The position numbers and the translations under genes are program-made. From assembly GCA_965231215.1 (NCBI GenBank), contig OZ246423.1, positions 960,001 to 1,024,000 on the forward strand: a stretch of 64,000 bases of DNA. The letters are read 5' to 3'. Below, piece after piece: positions 20,679 to 31,947 of this stretch. Source of the DNA: Candidatus Altimarinota bacterium. Its GTDB lineage: Bacteria; Patescibacteriota; Gracilibacteria; UBA4473. The notes under the pieces are model-generated. The model was not told where the DNA came from. It did no database searches and was given only the letters and a program-made list of their open reading frames with translations. Position 1 is the first letter of the stretch. Every line of letters begins with the position of its first letter.

Positions 20679-22784
20679 CTAACTTTTCTTGGGAACAAAG
20701 AGTTCAATTCGGTCTTTTTCCATAAACTCAACCCCTCCATGTTCTACTCTCATTCCGCACTCTAGACCTTCTTCAGAAATTTCATTTACGGCGTCACTTC
20801 CTCTTTGAACGGTATCAATTTTGGCATACCCAACCAATACTTCTCCGTGTTCATTTACTTCGTCTTCTTCGTTATCGGACTTTCTAAAGACTCGGATTTG
20901 GCAGAGTTTTCGAACCTTTCCATTAACTAGCTCTCCTCCTAAAACTGCCATTTTTTTGTTTGAGGCAAATACTTTTTTTACTTTAAATGCTCCAACAATG
21001 GTTTCAGTTTCACTGTCTGATTCGCGTCCTTCAATGATTTCCTGAAGTTTTTCACTGAGGTGATAGATCACATCGTAGCTGAGTATTTCTATGCCTTCTT
21101 TTTCGGCAACTTTTTTGATTCTTCCCGGAACCGCTACATTAAATCCAACCAGCACGGTTTCTCCGGCAGAAGCCAGCATGACATCTGACTCACTAATTTC
21201 TCCTACTCCAGAGTGGACTACTTTGGTAATGGTAGCTTCGGTTTTTACTTTTTCGCATTCAGCGGTTACAGCCTCAAGCGAACCTTTGCTACCGGCTTTT
21301 ATAATAACTTTGAGTTGTCCCAATTTTCCTTCGGCAATTTTAGCTTTGAGACTAGCGAGAGAAAATTTTTGACGGTTTTGTAGCTCATCTTCATGATGGA
21401 TATCAGCTACTTCTTCCGCTCTTTTTCGGGCTAGCTTTTCACTTTCTACCACTTGTAGTAGATCTCCAGCCCGCGGTAAACTGCTAAATCCAGAAATCTG
21501 AACTGGGGTTGATGGGGGCGCGATTTTAATAGTTTCGCCTGCATGGTTTTTCATTACTCGGATTTTTCCAGCCTGGTCATAGATAACGAATGGATCTCCC
21601 TGATTAAGGGTTCCTGTATTGACCAAAATAGTCGCAGAGATACCAGATTTTTTGTCCATTGTTGATTCAATGACGGTACCAATCGCGCTACGGTCTGGAT
21701 TGGCTTTGAGTTCTTGCATTTCAGCAACTATCAAAATAGTTTCTACTAATTTCTCTATCCCCAGCCCGGTTTTGGCAGAGACCGGAATGCACGGAGTATC
21801 ACCTCCCCAGTCTTCCGGATTCAGTTCGTGTTCTGCGAGTTGTCCTTTCACTAGATCTGGATTGGCTCCATCAAGATCCATTTTATTGATGGCCACAATA
21901 ATAGGAATTTCAGCTTCTTTAGCATGATTAATGGCTTCAATAGATTGAGGCATAAGCCCTTCGGTTGAAGCTACTACCAAGATAGCAATGTCTGTGGCTC
22001 GAGCTCCTCGGGCTCGCATAGTGGTAAAGGCTTCATGGCCTGGGGTGTCCAGAAAGGTGATAGTATTGCCATCTTGAGTGATCTGGTAGGCTCCAATACT
22101 TTGGGTAATACCTCCGGCTTCACCTTCAGCTACTTTAGATTTTCTGATATGATCTAGAATTGAGGTTTTACCGTGGTCTACGTGTCCCATAATTGAGACT
22201 ACTGGAGGACGCGGTTTCAAGTACTCTACTTCTTCGTCAGCCAGCAATTCGGTAATGTTACCTCGGAAAAGGTCTTCACCAGAAAGTTCTGCGGCTTCTT
22301 TTTTTACTTTTACCCCAAGTTCCTCCGCGATAATAGCCGCCGTTTCGTAATCAATTTCCTCTTTAAGGTTGGCGACAATTCCGTTCTGTTTGAGTTTTAC
22401 CAAAACAATAGGGATCGGTTTACTGATCTTTATGGCTAACTGCCGAACAGTTAAAGCTTCTGGGAGGATAATAGCCCCACTTTCGTCTTTTTTAATCTCT
22501 ATGACTTCTTCTTCCTCTTTTTTCCTCACTTTATGTGTTATTTTTTTGTTTCCAGCGGTTTTTTGTTGCTGTGAATCAATAATTTCTCGATCCATTTGTC
22601 CTTCAAATTCATGGTCGATTTGAGCGATTTCATCTCCAATTTCTAATTTCTCAATTTCCTTAGCGATCTCATCCTCAATCATTTCATCCTCAGGGATGTC
22701 ATAATCCAAATCCATCGCATGAAGCGTTACTGCTTCTGGTGCAATTTCTAATTTTTTAGCGAGATCGGCAAGAGATATAGGCAT
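20679..22784 (-). CDS. infB: Translation initiation factor IF-2
   Basis: [24 protein letters not shown] and NKMD motifs. Confidence 0.98.
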   Translation of the reverse strand: MPISLADLAKKLEIAPEAVTLHAMDLDYDIPEDEMIEDEIAKEIEKLEIGDEIAQIDHEFEGQMDREIIDSQQQKTAGNKKITHKVRKKEEEEVIEIKKDESGAIILPEALTVRQLAIKISKPIPIVLVKLKQNGIVANLKEEIDYETAAIIAEELGVKVKKEAAELSGEDLFRGNITELLADEEVEYLKPRPPVVSIMGHVDHGKTSILDHIRKSKVAEGEAGGITQSIGAYQITQDGNTITFLDTPGHEAFTTMRARGARATDIAILVVASTEGLMPQSIEAINHAKEAEIPIIVAINKMDLDGANPDLVKGQLAEHELNPEDWGGDTPCIPVSAKTGLGIEKLVETILIVAEMQELKANPDRSAIGTVIESTMDKKSGISATILVNTGTLNQGDPFVIYDQAGKIRVMKNHAGETIKIAPPSTPVQISGFSSLPRAGDLLQVVESEKLARKRAEEVADIHHEDELQNRQKFSLASLKAKIAEGKLGQLKVIIKAGSKGSLEAVTAECEKVKTEATITKVVHSGVGEISESDVMLASAGETVLVGFNVAVPGRIKKVAEKEGIEILSYDVIYHLSEKLQEIIEGRESDSETETIVGAFKVKKVFASNKKMAVLGGELVNGKVRKLCQIRVFRKSDNEEDEVNEHGEVLVGYAKIDTVQRGSDAVNEISEEGLECGMRVEHGGVEFMEKDRIELFVPKKS

Positions 22785-22863
22785 AAAGCCGCCAGATACT
22801 AATAAAAAAGAATGTTTTGTCTAATCAATTAGGCAGTAGTTTAGAGATGTTGAGTTTAGGTTA

Positions 22864-23871
22864 TCAATACCCTCTTTTTTTGCGTCGGTGTTTTTCTATA
22901 ACAGTATTGAGATGGTATTTCCAAGTAATGGGGAAGTCCTGAACATGAAGATAGTTTGTTTCACGGCCTCCAAAACCGCGTTTGAATTTTGACAATCCAA
23001 ACCACGGATGTTTGGTTTCTGCTTCGCCACATACGCCCCAGAAATTAAATTCCGTGCATTTTCTGCGTTTAGCCTCCAGTATAGCTTGCCAAATATAGGC
23101 ATGAGCCGCTGGCAATTTGGAAAAAACAGAGGCCCCTTGATGGTAATATCCAGCGTTATCATCAAAAATGAAAATGCCACTCGCCAAGGCTTTGCCTTCA
23201 TGTGAAATCGAGATAATCTGGCATTTATCACCAAAGGTTTGGAGCTCTTTTTCGGTCTGACTTCGAGGGAAAGGCGTAAATCCCTGGCGTTTGACCGTTT
23301 CACTATGAAGTGCCCAAAAAATATCTAAATCCTCTTTGCTATTTCCTTTTTTAATCTCAAATCCAGTTTCTGGTTTTCGTCCTTTATTGACCTCATATCT
23401 GGTAGACTTCTTCATCTGTGCTAAGAGTTCATCTTCAGTTTTAGTAATATCTAATACCCAAGTCTTTTCAGGATTAACCAGGTGGATGGCGGCGGGTTTA
23501 TATTTTTGAGCCTTGAATAGGGATTCTTGTTCTGGGGAAAGGAGCGGAGAAATACGCACGAAGTCGCATTTTTCCCTTTCTCCAAGGGCTTTATAGGCAT
23601 TTAAAAAATGTTCCCAAACGGCCGGTTCACTGATGAGTGGGCCATGAGGGGTGTGTAGGAAAGTTTTAAACCGCGTTTTAATTTTTTGAATGATACAGCT
23701 CCCCACTAATTTTTCACCTTTATACAATCCTAGATAAAAAACCTCTTCGCCCACCAAGGCTCTAAACTGTCCGTATGTGGCGCTTTGTAAAAAAGTTTTA
23801 GGTCCTGAAAAATTGTCATAAAAAAGGTCTAATTCTAACGGAGGTAGATCGCGTATTTCCAGCGTTGGCAT
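22864..23871 (-). CDS. FemAB/FemX-family peptidoglycan bridge aminoacyltransferase
   Basis: FLQS..YG, PHGP and GLSKFKRGFGG motifs. Confidence 0.88.
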   Translation of the reverse strand: MPTLEIRDLPPLELDLFYDNFSGPKTFLQSATYGQFRALVGEEVFYLGLYKGEKLVGSCIIQKIKTRFKTFLHTPHGPLISEPAVWEHFLNAYKALGEREKCDFVRISPLLSPEQESLFKAQKYKPAAIHLVNPEKTWVLDITKTEDELLAQMKKSTRYEVNKGRKPETGFEIKKGNSKEDLDIFWALHSETVKRQGFTPFPRSQTEKELQTFGDKCQIISISHEGKALASGIFIFDDNAGYYHQGASVFSKLPAAHAYIWQAILEAKRRKCTEFNFWGVCGEAETKHPWFGLSKFKRGFGGRETNYLHVQDFPITWKYHLNTVIEKHRRKKRGY

Positions 23872-23873
23872 TA

Positions 23874-25148
23874 CTAAATCTGTTGGAAATTAAAGTATAG
23901 TTTTTCTCTTCTTATTTTGGCTGAGTTCCATTCGTCTAAGCGAGTATCGCCTTCTGCATATTCCCCAAAAAAGGATTGAAATTGGTCTCGGCTGATAAAA
24001 CATAATTCCCATTCCTTAGTACCAAAGAATTGTTCTGGAGTAAGGTGTTTTATTTTTTGGACGTCGGTTCGGAGTTTCGAATTTTTCAGGTTAGCCTTTT
24101 CCATATCTACCTCTATAAAACGAGCTCTCCAAAAGGAAGATCCCTCTAAATCAGCTCCCTGAAAAGTAATTCTATCAATCGTACATTCCGAAAAAGTACT
24201 CTGCCATAAAACCGTATCTTCAAACACCACACTGCCCGCAGGGATGCTAAGTGATCCTAAAGAAAGTGTTGGGATGACTTTTCCAGTAAGATCCAAAGCT
24301 TCAGTGGCTTTTCCTTCATGAAAATCTACTAAATGTTTTTTTACAATCGCTTCTAAAATATTAATCGCTTTTACACTTAGATCTTGGGTAGAAGTGTCTA
24401 CCTGGAATCTATCAGAAATTTCAAATAAATCTCCTTTAAGCCGCCATTTTACCAGGCTTTGGATAGCCATAAAAGGTTTGTTTTCGGGGATCCATTTATT
24501 GAGGTCATTGAGGAGGTCTACCACTTTTTGTCTAAGAGAAGGGGATTCTAAGCCCACGGTTAAAATCTTGGTGAGGGCCATACTTTTAGACTCATAAGTC
24601 TGAGCACTTTGAAAATCGGCAATAATTTTGAGGAAGGTTTTCTTTTTCTTTTCTTCTTCAAGTCGCGCTTTAGCCGCTTTAGCGGCTTTGGCTTCAGCTT
24701 CGCGCTGTTCTATCATAGTGCGGTAAACCGTAGATTTTCTGTATATTTTGAAATAAGCCAAAACACACCATGAAATTAAAAAAACAGTAGTAAGGACTTC
24801 ATGAAACCAGTTTTCATTTTCCCCAGCTTTACTTAACTGCCAAGAGTTCGCATACATCCAAATGTTGATATAGAGCGAAAGGCCGCAAATAACATAAAAT
24901 AGCAAATGTCGGCGCATAACCGTGGGCAGCTTTAGTTTTTCTAGTCTTTGGTTTAGGGTAAGGATTTCTTTTGGAGGCTTTGTTTTTGCCTCTTTTGATT
25001 TCGCTTTAGGCGTTGGGGGAGTAGATTTTTTTTCAGCAGAAGCTGATTTTTGAGGTGTTTTTTTAGACGTAGCTGAAGGGGCTGCCACTTTTGCTTGAGC
25101 GGGCTTTGTTTCAGGTTTGGGGGTTGGTTTTGTATTACTTTCGGCCAT
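23874..25148 (-). CDS. Membrane protein with a P/K/A-rich N-terminus and C-terminal pentapeptide repeats
   Basis: Two TM helices; FQGADLEGSSFWRARF...ANLKNSKL. Confidence 0.7.
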   Translation of the reverse strand: MAESNTKPTPKPETKPAQAKVAAPSATSKKTPQKSASAEKKSTPPTPKAKSKEAKTKPPKEILTLNQRLEKLKLPTVMRRHLLFYVICGLSLYINIWMYANSWQLSKAGENENWFHEVLTTVFLISWCVLAYFKIYRKSTVYRTMIEQREAEAKAAKAAKARLEEEKKKKTFLKIIADFQSAQTYESKSMALTKILTVGLESPSLRQKVVDLLNDLNKWIPENKPFMAIQSLVKWRLKGDLFEISDRFQVDTSTQDLSVKAINILEAIVKKHLVDFHEGKATEALDLTGKVIPTLSLGSLSIPAGSVVFEDTVLWQSTFSECTIDRITFQGADLEGSSFWRARFIEVDMEKANLKNSKLRTDVQKIKHLTPEQFFGTKEWELCFISRDQFQSFFGEYAEGDTRLDEWNSAKIRREKLYFNFQQI

Positions 25149-25159
25149 TCGGCATTATG

Positions 25160-26332
25160 CTACTCAGATGTAAAGAATTTTGCAAAGGCGGTTAAGTCTT
25201 TCTTTGAGGTTCTTTTGTTAGTGGGGAAAGTAACGTAAATTTGAGCTAATTTTTCAGCGTTGGGACACTGTCCTTTTGTGTATCCGAATTTTTTTAAATT
25301 AACCCCGTTAGGGCTTATGGGAACCCCATCCCAGTCTCGGAGATTGAATGATGTTAGCGCTGAAATTTTAGTTTTGGCCTCCTGGGGAAGGTTTTTGGTG
25401 ATAACTCTAAAAGCATTAGGAGGTCTGATAATTTCGGCTTCTGGGAACAAATCTTCTAAAGTCTCTTGCCATTTAAGAGCTAAAGCCTGTGCGTGGATAT
25501 TTTGATGTTCAAAAATTTTTAGCTGATGGGCTAGCAGTTTTTTTTGAAAATTGCCTAGTTGCAATTCTGGCAGGTCTTCTTGCCCCTCTTTTTCTGCAGG
25601 GGTTACCGCTAAAGGTAAAAAATTAATGGTACGAAAAATCCAGGGAATAATTTTCCCACCCAAATGCCACCAGGGAAGACTCAAACCAAAGATCAGTGGC
25701 TGACAGGCAAGCCTGAATTGCTGACCAAACGAAGGTTTGAGTAAACCATAATCAGCAAACCCTGAGGCATAAGGAGAACCCTCGGGCCAAATCAAAGCCC
25801 CACCACTGACGCAGCTAACGACCTTTTCTCTGCCAAAGCTGAGGATTTGGGCATCAGTGATAAACTCAAAATGAGGTTCAGATAGTTGTCGGATTAGGTG
25901 AGCGCCATCTTCTATTACAAAAATTTGCTTCGATTTTGCAATTTGCATAATGGCTTTGAGCGGAGCTGGTTGCCCAAAAATATGAGGTACCACCAACAGA
26001 GAAATGTTATTAGATTTTTTTTCAAAATCTTTGAGATCAATAAGGCCATTTTCATCGGTATCAATCCATTCAATTGCGTATCCTCGGGATAAAAATGGCG
26101 TCGCTACTACCGCACAAATAAAAGCGGGAAGACCAATTTTCTTTTTTTTATTTGGGTTTACTACGTCAGCGATGATTCCCAGAGAGGTGCGAGCGGCGTT
26201 GGTGAGGATGTAATTTTTTGTATAAAAATTTTGTTCGAAAATAGTATCTAAATTTTTACCACTCATAAACCAAGCGCTGAAAATATCTTTTACGCCTAAG
26301 TTTGGGCTGATCTGGTTTGAAACAAGTTTCAC
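25160..26332 (-). CDS. DegT/DnrJ/EryC1/StrS PLP-dependent aminotransferase (probable GTG start at 26332)
   Basis: IEDGAH and SFGREKVVSCVSGG (PLP lysine). Confidence 0.85.
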   Translation of the reverse strand: MKLVSNQISPNLGVKDIFSAWFMSGKNLDTIFEQNFYTKNYILTNAARTSLGIIADVVNPNKKKKIGLPAFICAVVATPFLSRGYAIEWIDTDENGLIDLKDFEKKSNNISLLVVPHIFGQPAPLKAIMQIAKSKQIFVIEDGAHLIRQLSEPHFEFITDAQILSFGREKVVSCVSGGALIWPEGSPYASGFADYGLLKPSFGQQFRLACQPLIFGLSLPWWHLGGKIIPWIFRTINFLPLAVTPAEKEGQEDLPELQLGNFQKKLLAHQLKIFEHQNIHAQALALKWQETLEDLFPEAEIIRPPNAFRVITKNLPQEAKTKISALTSFNLRDWDGVPISPNGVNLKKFGYTKGQCPNAEKLAQIYVTFPTNKRTSKKDLTAFAKFFTSE

Positions 26333-26426
26333 AGAGAACAGTATAGAAAATTTATTATTCGACACAATTAACCGATAAATTATAGGATTTCCCTTACCGC
26401 TGACTTTTCTCAAAAAAATTTCAAAA

Positions 26427-27935
26427 TCAGAACAGTCTCAACACTTTTGCCGGAAGCTTAGATTCTAACAACACCACATCGTTTTTATCTTTACACTTTT
26501 TGAGAGCGGTCTGGAGTGGTTTAGTGTTTTTGTTAATTAAGTGGAAATCACTTCCTAGAATTTGGGTTCCAAGGTCGGCAAAATCAGTTTTACACCAAAA
26601 AACCTTAATTCTGTCCTTTTTACATTTTTTGAAGATTTGTTCGTGTACAGAAGTGGCTTCATTTCCGAGTTCCCTGAGAGGAATGCTGACCATGATTTTT
26701 TGTCCTTTAAATTGAGATACATGATCTAGCGCTTTTAGCACGCCATCGGCATTGGCCGAATAGGTATCTCGCATAACCGAGAATCCTTTTTTGTGAATAT
26801 CCAAAGTAAGGGCTCTTCTGAGTGCTGGAAGCGTCTTGAGATGTTTAGCGAGGTTAGCAGGGCTGATTCCTAATTCCCGAGCACACTCTAGAGTCAAAAG
26901 GGCGTTACTCACAAAGAAAGCGCCTGGCCAAGGCAAAATAAAGTTTTTGCCATAGACTTTAAAGGTTGTTTTTTCTGGAGTAGGTTTGATATCTTTAGCT
27001 ACCTTGGCAGAGATAGGAATGCGAGTGGCGTGAATATCACGATCGTCAAAAATTTCTTTCAAAAGGGGACTATCGGCATTAAAAAATACGCTGTGGGCGG
27101 TGGCTTCTGCGAGTTCAAATTTTCCCATTTGAATATTTTTTTGTGAACCAAAAAGTTCAATGTGTTGCTGGTTTACGCCGGTGAGGATTCCCATATGAGG
27201 TTGGGCAAATCGGCAGGTTTCAGCAATTTCACCACGTCTGTAAGCACCGGTTTCAAATACAAAGTATTTCGGCGTTTTGGCCTGGAAGAATTTTTTATGT
27301 CGGACAATCAGCCGAGCAATGGCGACTTCGTTGTTTTCATTAGCCGGGTTATAGAGAACGGCCTTTTTTCCAAACTCAGATTGGAGTAAGTGCACCAGAA
27401 TTTCTTTAGTACTAGATTTACCATAACTTCCAGTAATACCTATTCGGACTATATTGGCTGGATGATCATGGATGATTTTTTGAGCTTGGGCAAAAAGGCG
27501 TTGCCGTCCAAACCAGGCTGGCAATTTAGACCCCCAAACACCAATTAATACTTGAAGCCATAAAGTGCGTTCCCATATTAACACAAGCAAGATATTGCCT
27601 AGACTGTAATGACATTGTGGTAGTTCTGGGAAGAAATAGGCTCGTATACTACACGGAAAATCCCACAGAAAAAACCAGAGCACCAGCACCAATAAACTGA
27701 ATAAAAAGACAAGACTAAGAATGATTAAAATTCTCCCCGAAAATTTTGGTCGAGGGAGTAACCCTTTAAAAACCCAAGGGACAAAATATTGATATCCATC
27801 ATGAGTATTAATCCAAGCACGCATTCGATCAAATCGGTATTCACGTAACTGCCAACACTGTAGGTGCCAGCATAAGGTTCTGGCTCCCATTAAGGCTATG
27901 AGTGTGGCAAAAATAAGGGGTACATATTCATTCAT
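26427..27935 (-). CDS. murF: Mur ligase, MurF-like, with N-terminal TM helices
   Basis: IGITGSYGKSSTKE, FETGAY and DTYSAN motifs. Confidence 0.75.
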   Translation of the reverse strand: MNEYVPLIFATLIALMGARTLCWHLQCWQLREYRFDRMRAWINTHDGYQYFVPWVFKGLLPRPKFSGRILIILSLVFLFSLLVLVLWFFLWDFPCSIRAYFFPELPQCHYSLGNILLVLIWERTLWLQVLIGVWGSKLPAWFGRQRLFAQAQKIIHDHPANIVRIGITGSYGKSSTKEILVHLLQSEFGKKAVLYNPANENNEVAIARLIVRHKKFFQAKTPKYFVFETGAYRRGEIAETCRFAQPHMGILTGVNQQHIELFGSQKNIQMGKFELAEATAHSVFFNADSPLLKEIFDDRDIHATRIPISAKVAKDIKPTPEKTTFKVYGKNFILPWPGAFFVSNALLTLECARELGISPANLAKHLKTLPALRRALTLDIHKKGFSVMRDTYSANADGVLKALDHVSQFKGQKIMVSIPLRELGNEATSVHEQIFKKCKKDRIKVFWCKTDFADLGTQILGSDFHLINKNTKPLQTALKKCKDKNDVVLLESKLPAKVLRLF

Positions 27936-28721
27936 CTAGCGTAGGAATTTAGTAACTAGTTTCACAATTTCTTTGCGATGGGTGTGGTGTATACCGTGCC
28001 TTCCGTCAGGGAAAACTTTTAGGGTTGAATTTGGCATTTTGGTGTCCCACACCAGAGCTGATTTTAACGGTGACATGCCATCATGAGCGCCCCACATAAG
28101 CAGCGATTCGTTTTTTATCTGAGTCAGATCTTCCCGGAAATCTGGTTCCTTTAAGATTTTGGTCAGAGTGGTTTTGAGTTTTGGATCTACTTGCCCCCAA
28201 TCTCGAGCCCCAAAAACTTTGGTAGTAAAAAATTTGTGCACCTTTTGCCCTAGGCCTTTTTTAGGTTTAGGGATTATTTTACTCAATCCGACGGATATAC
28301 GCTGCCTAAGAGAGAGCGGCCATTTGATTCCAGCCGCTCCAGTAAAGATACATTTTTCGGCAATTTTTGGGTTTTTCTGCAGCATTCGTACCAAAATCCT
28401 TCCTCCATTTGAATGCACATAAAAATGAGCCTTTTTTACCTTTATATCTTTCATAAAGTCCAAAACCCAATGACCGTAATCAAAGGTAGAAAACCCTTTT
28501 TTGGGAGGAAAATCAGTCTGGCCAAACCCTGGATAATCTAGCAAAATAATTTCGGTATCCTTGAGTGTCTCGCACAAGGCCAATCCTAGAAGCCAAAAAC
28601 TATCGGTTGAACCGCCCCATCCATGCAGGAAAATAAGTTTTGTGGGACCTTCTCCCATACGAATATAGTGCGTTTTAAGGCCCTGGATTGTCGTAAAAAA
28701 ATGTTGAGCGCTGGGTTTCAT
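27936..28721 (-). CDS. Alpha/beta hydrolase
   Basis: LHGWG, DYPGFG, HSNGG nucleophile elbow and C-terminal His. Confidence 0.9.
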   Translation of the reverse strand: MKPSAQHFFTTIQGLKTHYIRMGEGPTKLIFLHGWGGSTDSFWLLGLALCETLKDTEIILLDYPGFGQTDFPPKKGFSTFDYGHWVLDFMKDIKVKKAHFYVHSNGGRILVRMLQKNPKIAEKCIFTGAAGIKWPLSLRQRISVGLSKIIPKPKKGLGQKVHKFFTTKVFGARDWGQVDPKLKTTLTKILKEPDFREDLTQIKNESLLMWGAHDGMSPLKSALVWDTKMPNSTLKVFPDGRHGIHHTHRKEIVKLVTKFLR

Positions 28722-28817
28722 ACGCTTCAGATTCTACTGTAAAGCTCGCTCAAGTCACAAAAAAATTGTCTGTAGATAATCTTGAGGTAAAATGATTCCA
28801 GTTTTATTACTGGAAAT

Positions 28818-29540
28818 ATGAAAATAAAAATGAAATCAGTTTCGCTTGTATTAATGTTTTCCTTTATGTTGGCAGGGTGTTCTTGGTGGCCATTTGGAAA
28901 AAGCGAGGAGTCACAACCTATAGCTGAAGTAGTTGCCCCAATCCCCCCAGAAGCACCAAAAGAAATCCCTGAAGAATTCACCTTAGACATTGATAATGAC
29001 GAGGATTTCCAACGAGCGATAAAAGAAATTCCAGCTGATCAGATTAACCGATTTGAAGAAATTATTGACCCCGGAGATGGAGATGAAATGCTAGAAGAAA
29101 CAGTAGAAGCGATAGTCTCTAAAGAAACCGAAATGGACAAAGTGGCTCGTAGACGAGCTAAACAAGTCCTAGACAATGACTACCGAGAAAGTGTTGGAGT
29201 TAATAATACCGGGCTTGAGTATCGAAACTATTCTGAAAAACTGGTTCGGGAAGTTATGGGCATCAGACCAAATATTCTTTTCTTTTATGATGAAGGGGAT
29301 GCCGTTTCTCGAGAGTGGGAAGAAAATCTAAAACAAAACTCAGAGCAACTGGAAGAGGTAAATGCGCTGATAATTAAAGTAGATTATACAGAACATACAG
29401 ATCTGAGAGCCCGTTTTGAGATTACTAAACCAGGGACAGCATTGTACTTTGACCCAGTAGGAGTGACTCGAGGCACTTATTACAACCCTAGCATGAGTGA
29501 TCTCTTAGACTTTTTTGAACGGTTCGCCATTAGAAGTTAA
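28818..29540 (+). CDS. Lipoprotein with a thioredoxin-like C-terminal domain lacking CxxC
   Basis: Lipobox LAGC; ILFFY...IIKVDY...RFEIT aligns with the 36452-37024 protein. Confidence 0.6.
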   Translation: MKIKMKSVSLVLMFSFMLAGCSWWPFGKSEESQPIAEVVAPIPPEAPKEIPEEFTLDIDNDEDFQRAIKEIPADQINRFEEIIDPGDGDEMLEETVEAIVSKETEMDKVARRRAKQVLDNDYRESVGVNNTGLEYRNYSEKLVREVMGIRPNILFFYDEGDAVSREWEENLKQNSEQLEEVNALIIKVDYTEHTDLRARFEITKPGTALYFDPVGVTRGTYYNPSMSDLLDFFERFAIRS

Positions 29541-29647
29541 AATATTATTTTTCTGGTTCAGATTGTTTTGTGTCAACAATACTGGTCTCGTAACCCTGGC
29601 TACAATCGACCCTTGAGGTATACAGAGGAGGGGGGTATGATAAAGGT

Positions 29648-30391
29648 ATGGAATATTTGTGGTTATCGTTTTTGGCCGGAGTTCTGACTATTCTAGCTCC
29701 ATGTGTGTTACCGTTACTTCCAGTTATCATTGGAGGAAGTCTGACTGATAAAAATCCTTATAGACCTTTGATAATAACCCTTTCATTGGCCGCTTCAATC
29801 GTGCTTTTCACGCTGGTATTGAAGGCGAGCACGGTATTTATTGATATTCCACAGTCTTTTTGGAAATGGTTTTCTGGGGGGATTGTTTTATTTTTTGGGT
29901 GTACACTTTTGTTCCCAGCCTCGTGGGAAAAGTTATCGGTTAAAGCCAATTTAGGAGGTCGATCTCAAAGTCTTTTAGGAAAAAGCTCACAAAAAAAAGG
30001 AGTATTGGGAATGATCCTTATGGGAGCAGCTTTAGGGCCGGTCTTTGCCTCCTGTAGCCCCACCTACTTTTTGATCCTGGGAACGGTATTGCCACAGAGT
30101 TTTTTTTGGGGATTTATAAATCTCATTGTGTATGCTTTGGGACTGGCTTTGGTCATGTTTTTTATCGCTATTACTGGCCAAAGATTTATGGGTAACCTCA
30201 AAGCCGCCGCCAATCCACACGGAGGGTTCAAAAAAGGGTTGGGAATTCTATTCTGTATTATTGGTGTAGGAATTATCTTTGGATATGACAAAAAATTAGA
30301 AGCCTGGATTATTGATCAAGGATACTTTGGAATTACCGAATTTGAGGAACGGCTTGTGGATGAAAAAGCCCCTAAATTAGGAGAAAACTAA
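29648..30391 (+). CDS. ccdA: CcdA/DsbD transmembrane thiol-disulfide transporter
   Basis: LAPCVLPLLP and GPVFASCSP motifs. Confidence 0.88.
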   Translation: MEYLWLSFLAGVLTILAPCVLPLLPVIIGGSLTDKNPYRPLIITLSLAASIVLFTLVLKASTVFIDIPQSFWKWFSGGIVLFFGCTLLFPASWEKLSVKANLGGRSQSLLGKSSQKKGVLGMILMGAALGPVFASCSPTYFLILGTVLPQSFFWGFINLIVYALGLALVMFFIAITGQRFMGNLKAAANPHGGFKKGLGILFCIIGVGIIFGYDKKLEAWIIDQGYFGITEFEERLVDEKAPKLGEN

Positions 30392-30510
30392 AAAATGACT
30401 TTTTCAAAACATCAAAATTTTCAACGTTGTACGAATCCAGTACGCCTTACAAAAAGATTTTATGTTGTTCCTCGCACTTGCCTATGTGTAAGTTTTCTTG
30501 ATTTATAAAG

Positions 30511-31158
30511 ATGAAACACGCTCTATTTTGGCCTCCAATAGTCCTTATAGGACTAGCGATTACCGCTTATGCTGGGAAACTTTACTTTGAGCTGGACGGC
30601 ACTCCACAAAAACTTATTGAAGCTGAAAACACTTTAGAGTTTCCTCACATAACTTTGCAGCAAGAGAGAATAGCTCAGGAACGCTTAAAAACACCTGAAC
30701 CTACATTTGATTTCCCTTACAAAATTAAGGCGCCAGATCTAGTAGGTCTAGAAAATTGGGTGAATTCAGAACCCATAGAATCATTAGAAGAGTTAAAAGG
30801 GAGGGTCGTTTTACTAAAATTCTGGACTTATAGTTGTATTAATTGTGTAAGGACTTTGCCTTCAGTTCAGAGCTGGCAGAATAAATATGCTGATCAAGGA
30901 TTGGTTATTTTGGGCATCCATGCTCCAGAATTTCAGTATGAGCGTAAGATTGAAAACGTCAGAGCCGCTCTTAAAAAGCATGGTTTAACCTTTCCTGTAG
31001 TGCAAGATAATGAGTTTCAGACCTGGAGAGCCTACAACAATCGTTACTGGCCAGCGCAGTATCTGATTGATAAAGATGGTTTTGTGCGGTACACCCATTT
31101 TGGAGAAGGCGCCTATGAAGAAACTGAAAAAGCAATTCAGGTACTTTTGAAAAGTTGA
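30511..31158 (+). CDS. Membrane-anchored redoxin (DipZ/TlpA-like)
   Basis: FWTYSCINC, GIHAPEF, NRYWPA and HFGEG motifs. Confidence 0.9.
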   Translation: MKHALFWPPIVLIGLAITAYAGKLYFELDGTPQKLIEAENTLEFPHITLQQERIAQERLKTPEPTFDFPYKIKAPDLVGLENWVNSEPIESLEELKGRVVLLKFWTYSCINCVRTLPSVQSWQNKYADQGLVILGIHAPEFQYERKIENVRAALKKHGLTFPVVQDNEFQTWRAYNNRYWPAQYLIDKDGFVRYTHFGEGAYEETEKAIQVLLKS

Positions 31159-31299
31159 TTTTTTGCAATTGAATTTAGCCGAGTCCAAACAGTGGGTTCA
31201 GGAACGATGATGAGACAGTGATATTAAGGGTTAATTAAATGTTGTTTTCCCTACATCTCTTGCTTGGAAAAACCTGTTTAAATAAACACAAGTGAAACT

Positions 31300-31902
31300 T
31301 TATATCGAATTAAGAACCCTTCTTGAAAACTCGATTGAAGCGGTGGAAGGATTTTTGAGAGTGTCTAACAAATATGGAGAATAAAGATGAACATTGGATG
31401 TTTCTGAGTTGGTTAAAGGGTATTTAAGGGCCGCTTCTTCATCAACAAATAAAAAGAATTTTCCATCTTCACTTTTTAAAGAACAAGCAGCCTTTGTAAG
31501 CGGGGTAATTTGAGGGAGTTTATTTCGGTTAATTTCTGATGTTGGTAAAATTTCAACTCTTCGACTTTCATCTATCGCTTTTGCACCCATTGTTTCCAAA
31601 ACCTTGGCGATTATAGGTTTTCTGATAACCGAAGTTTGAGCCAATCGAGCCTTCATTTGTTCGGTTAAATCTATAAATATTTGGAGAAAATCAGCCGAAA
31701 GGCCAAGGCCTCTCAAGCTTGGGTCTATAAGCATTCCAGAGAAACCAAAATACCCATTCCTCGCATAAAAGGAAAGCCTTTCTCTTCGTTTTCTATCGTC
31801 CCCAAGAGGTTGAAAACAAAGATTACTCCTCTCGCGAAGTCCTCCAGTAAGATGTATTTCAAAATTTTGCCCTTGGCTTGAGGAAAACTCTCCAATTTTC
31901 AT
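31300..31902 (-). CDS. Hypothetical protein, possible GNAT fold
   Basis: IDPSLRGLGLS resembles the acetyl-CoA-binding motif A. Confidence 0.45.
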   Translation of the reverse strand: MKIGEFSSSQGQNFEIHLTGGLRERSNLCFQPLGDDRKRRERLSFYARNGYFGFSGMLIDPSLRGLGLSADFLQIFIDLTEQMKARLAQTSVIRKPIIAKVLETMGAKAIDESRRVEILPTSEINRNKLPQITPLTKAACSLKSEDGKFFLFVDEEAALKYPLTNSETSNVHLYSPYLLDTLKNPSTASIEFSRRVLNSI

Positions 31903-31947
31903 TGTACACGCTTTTTAATATTTTTTTAATATTAGTCAATTTGTAAT

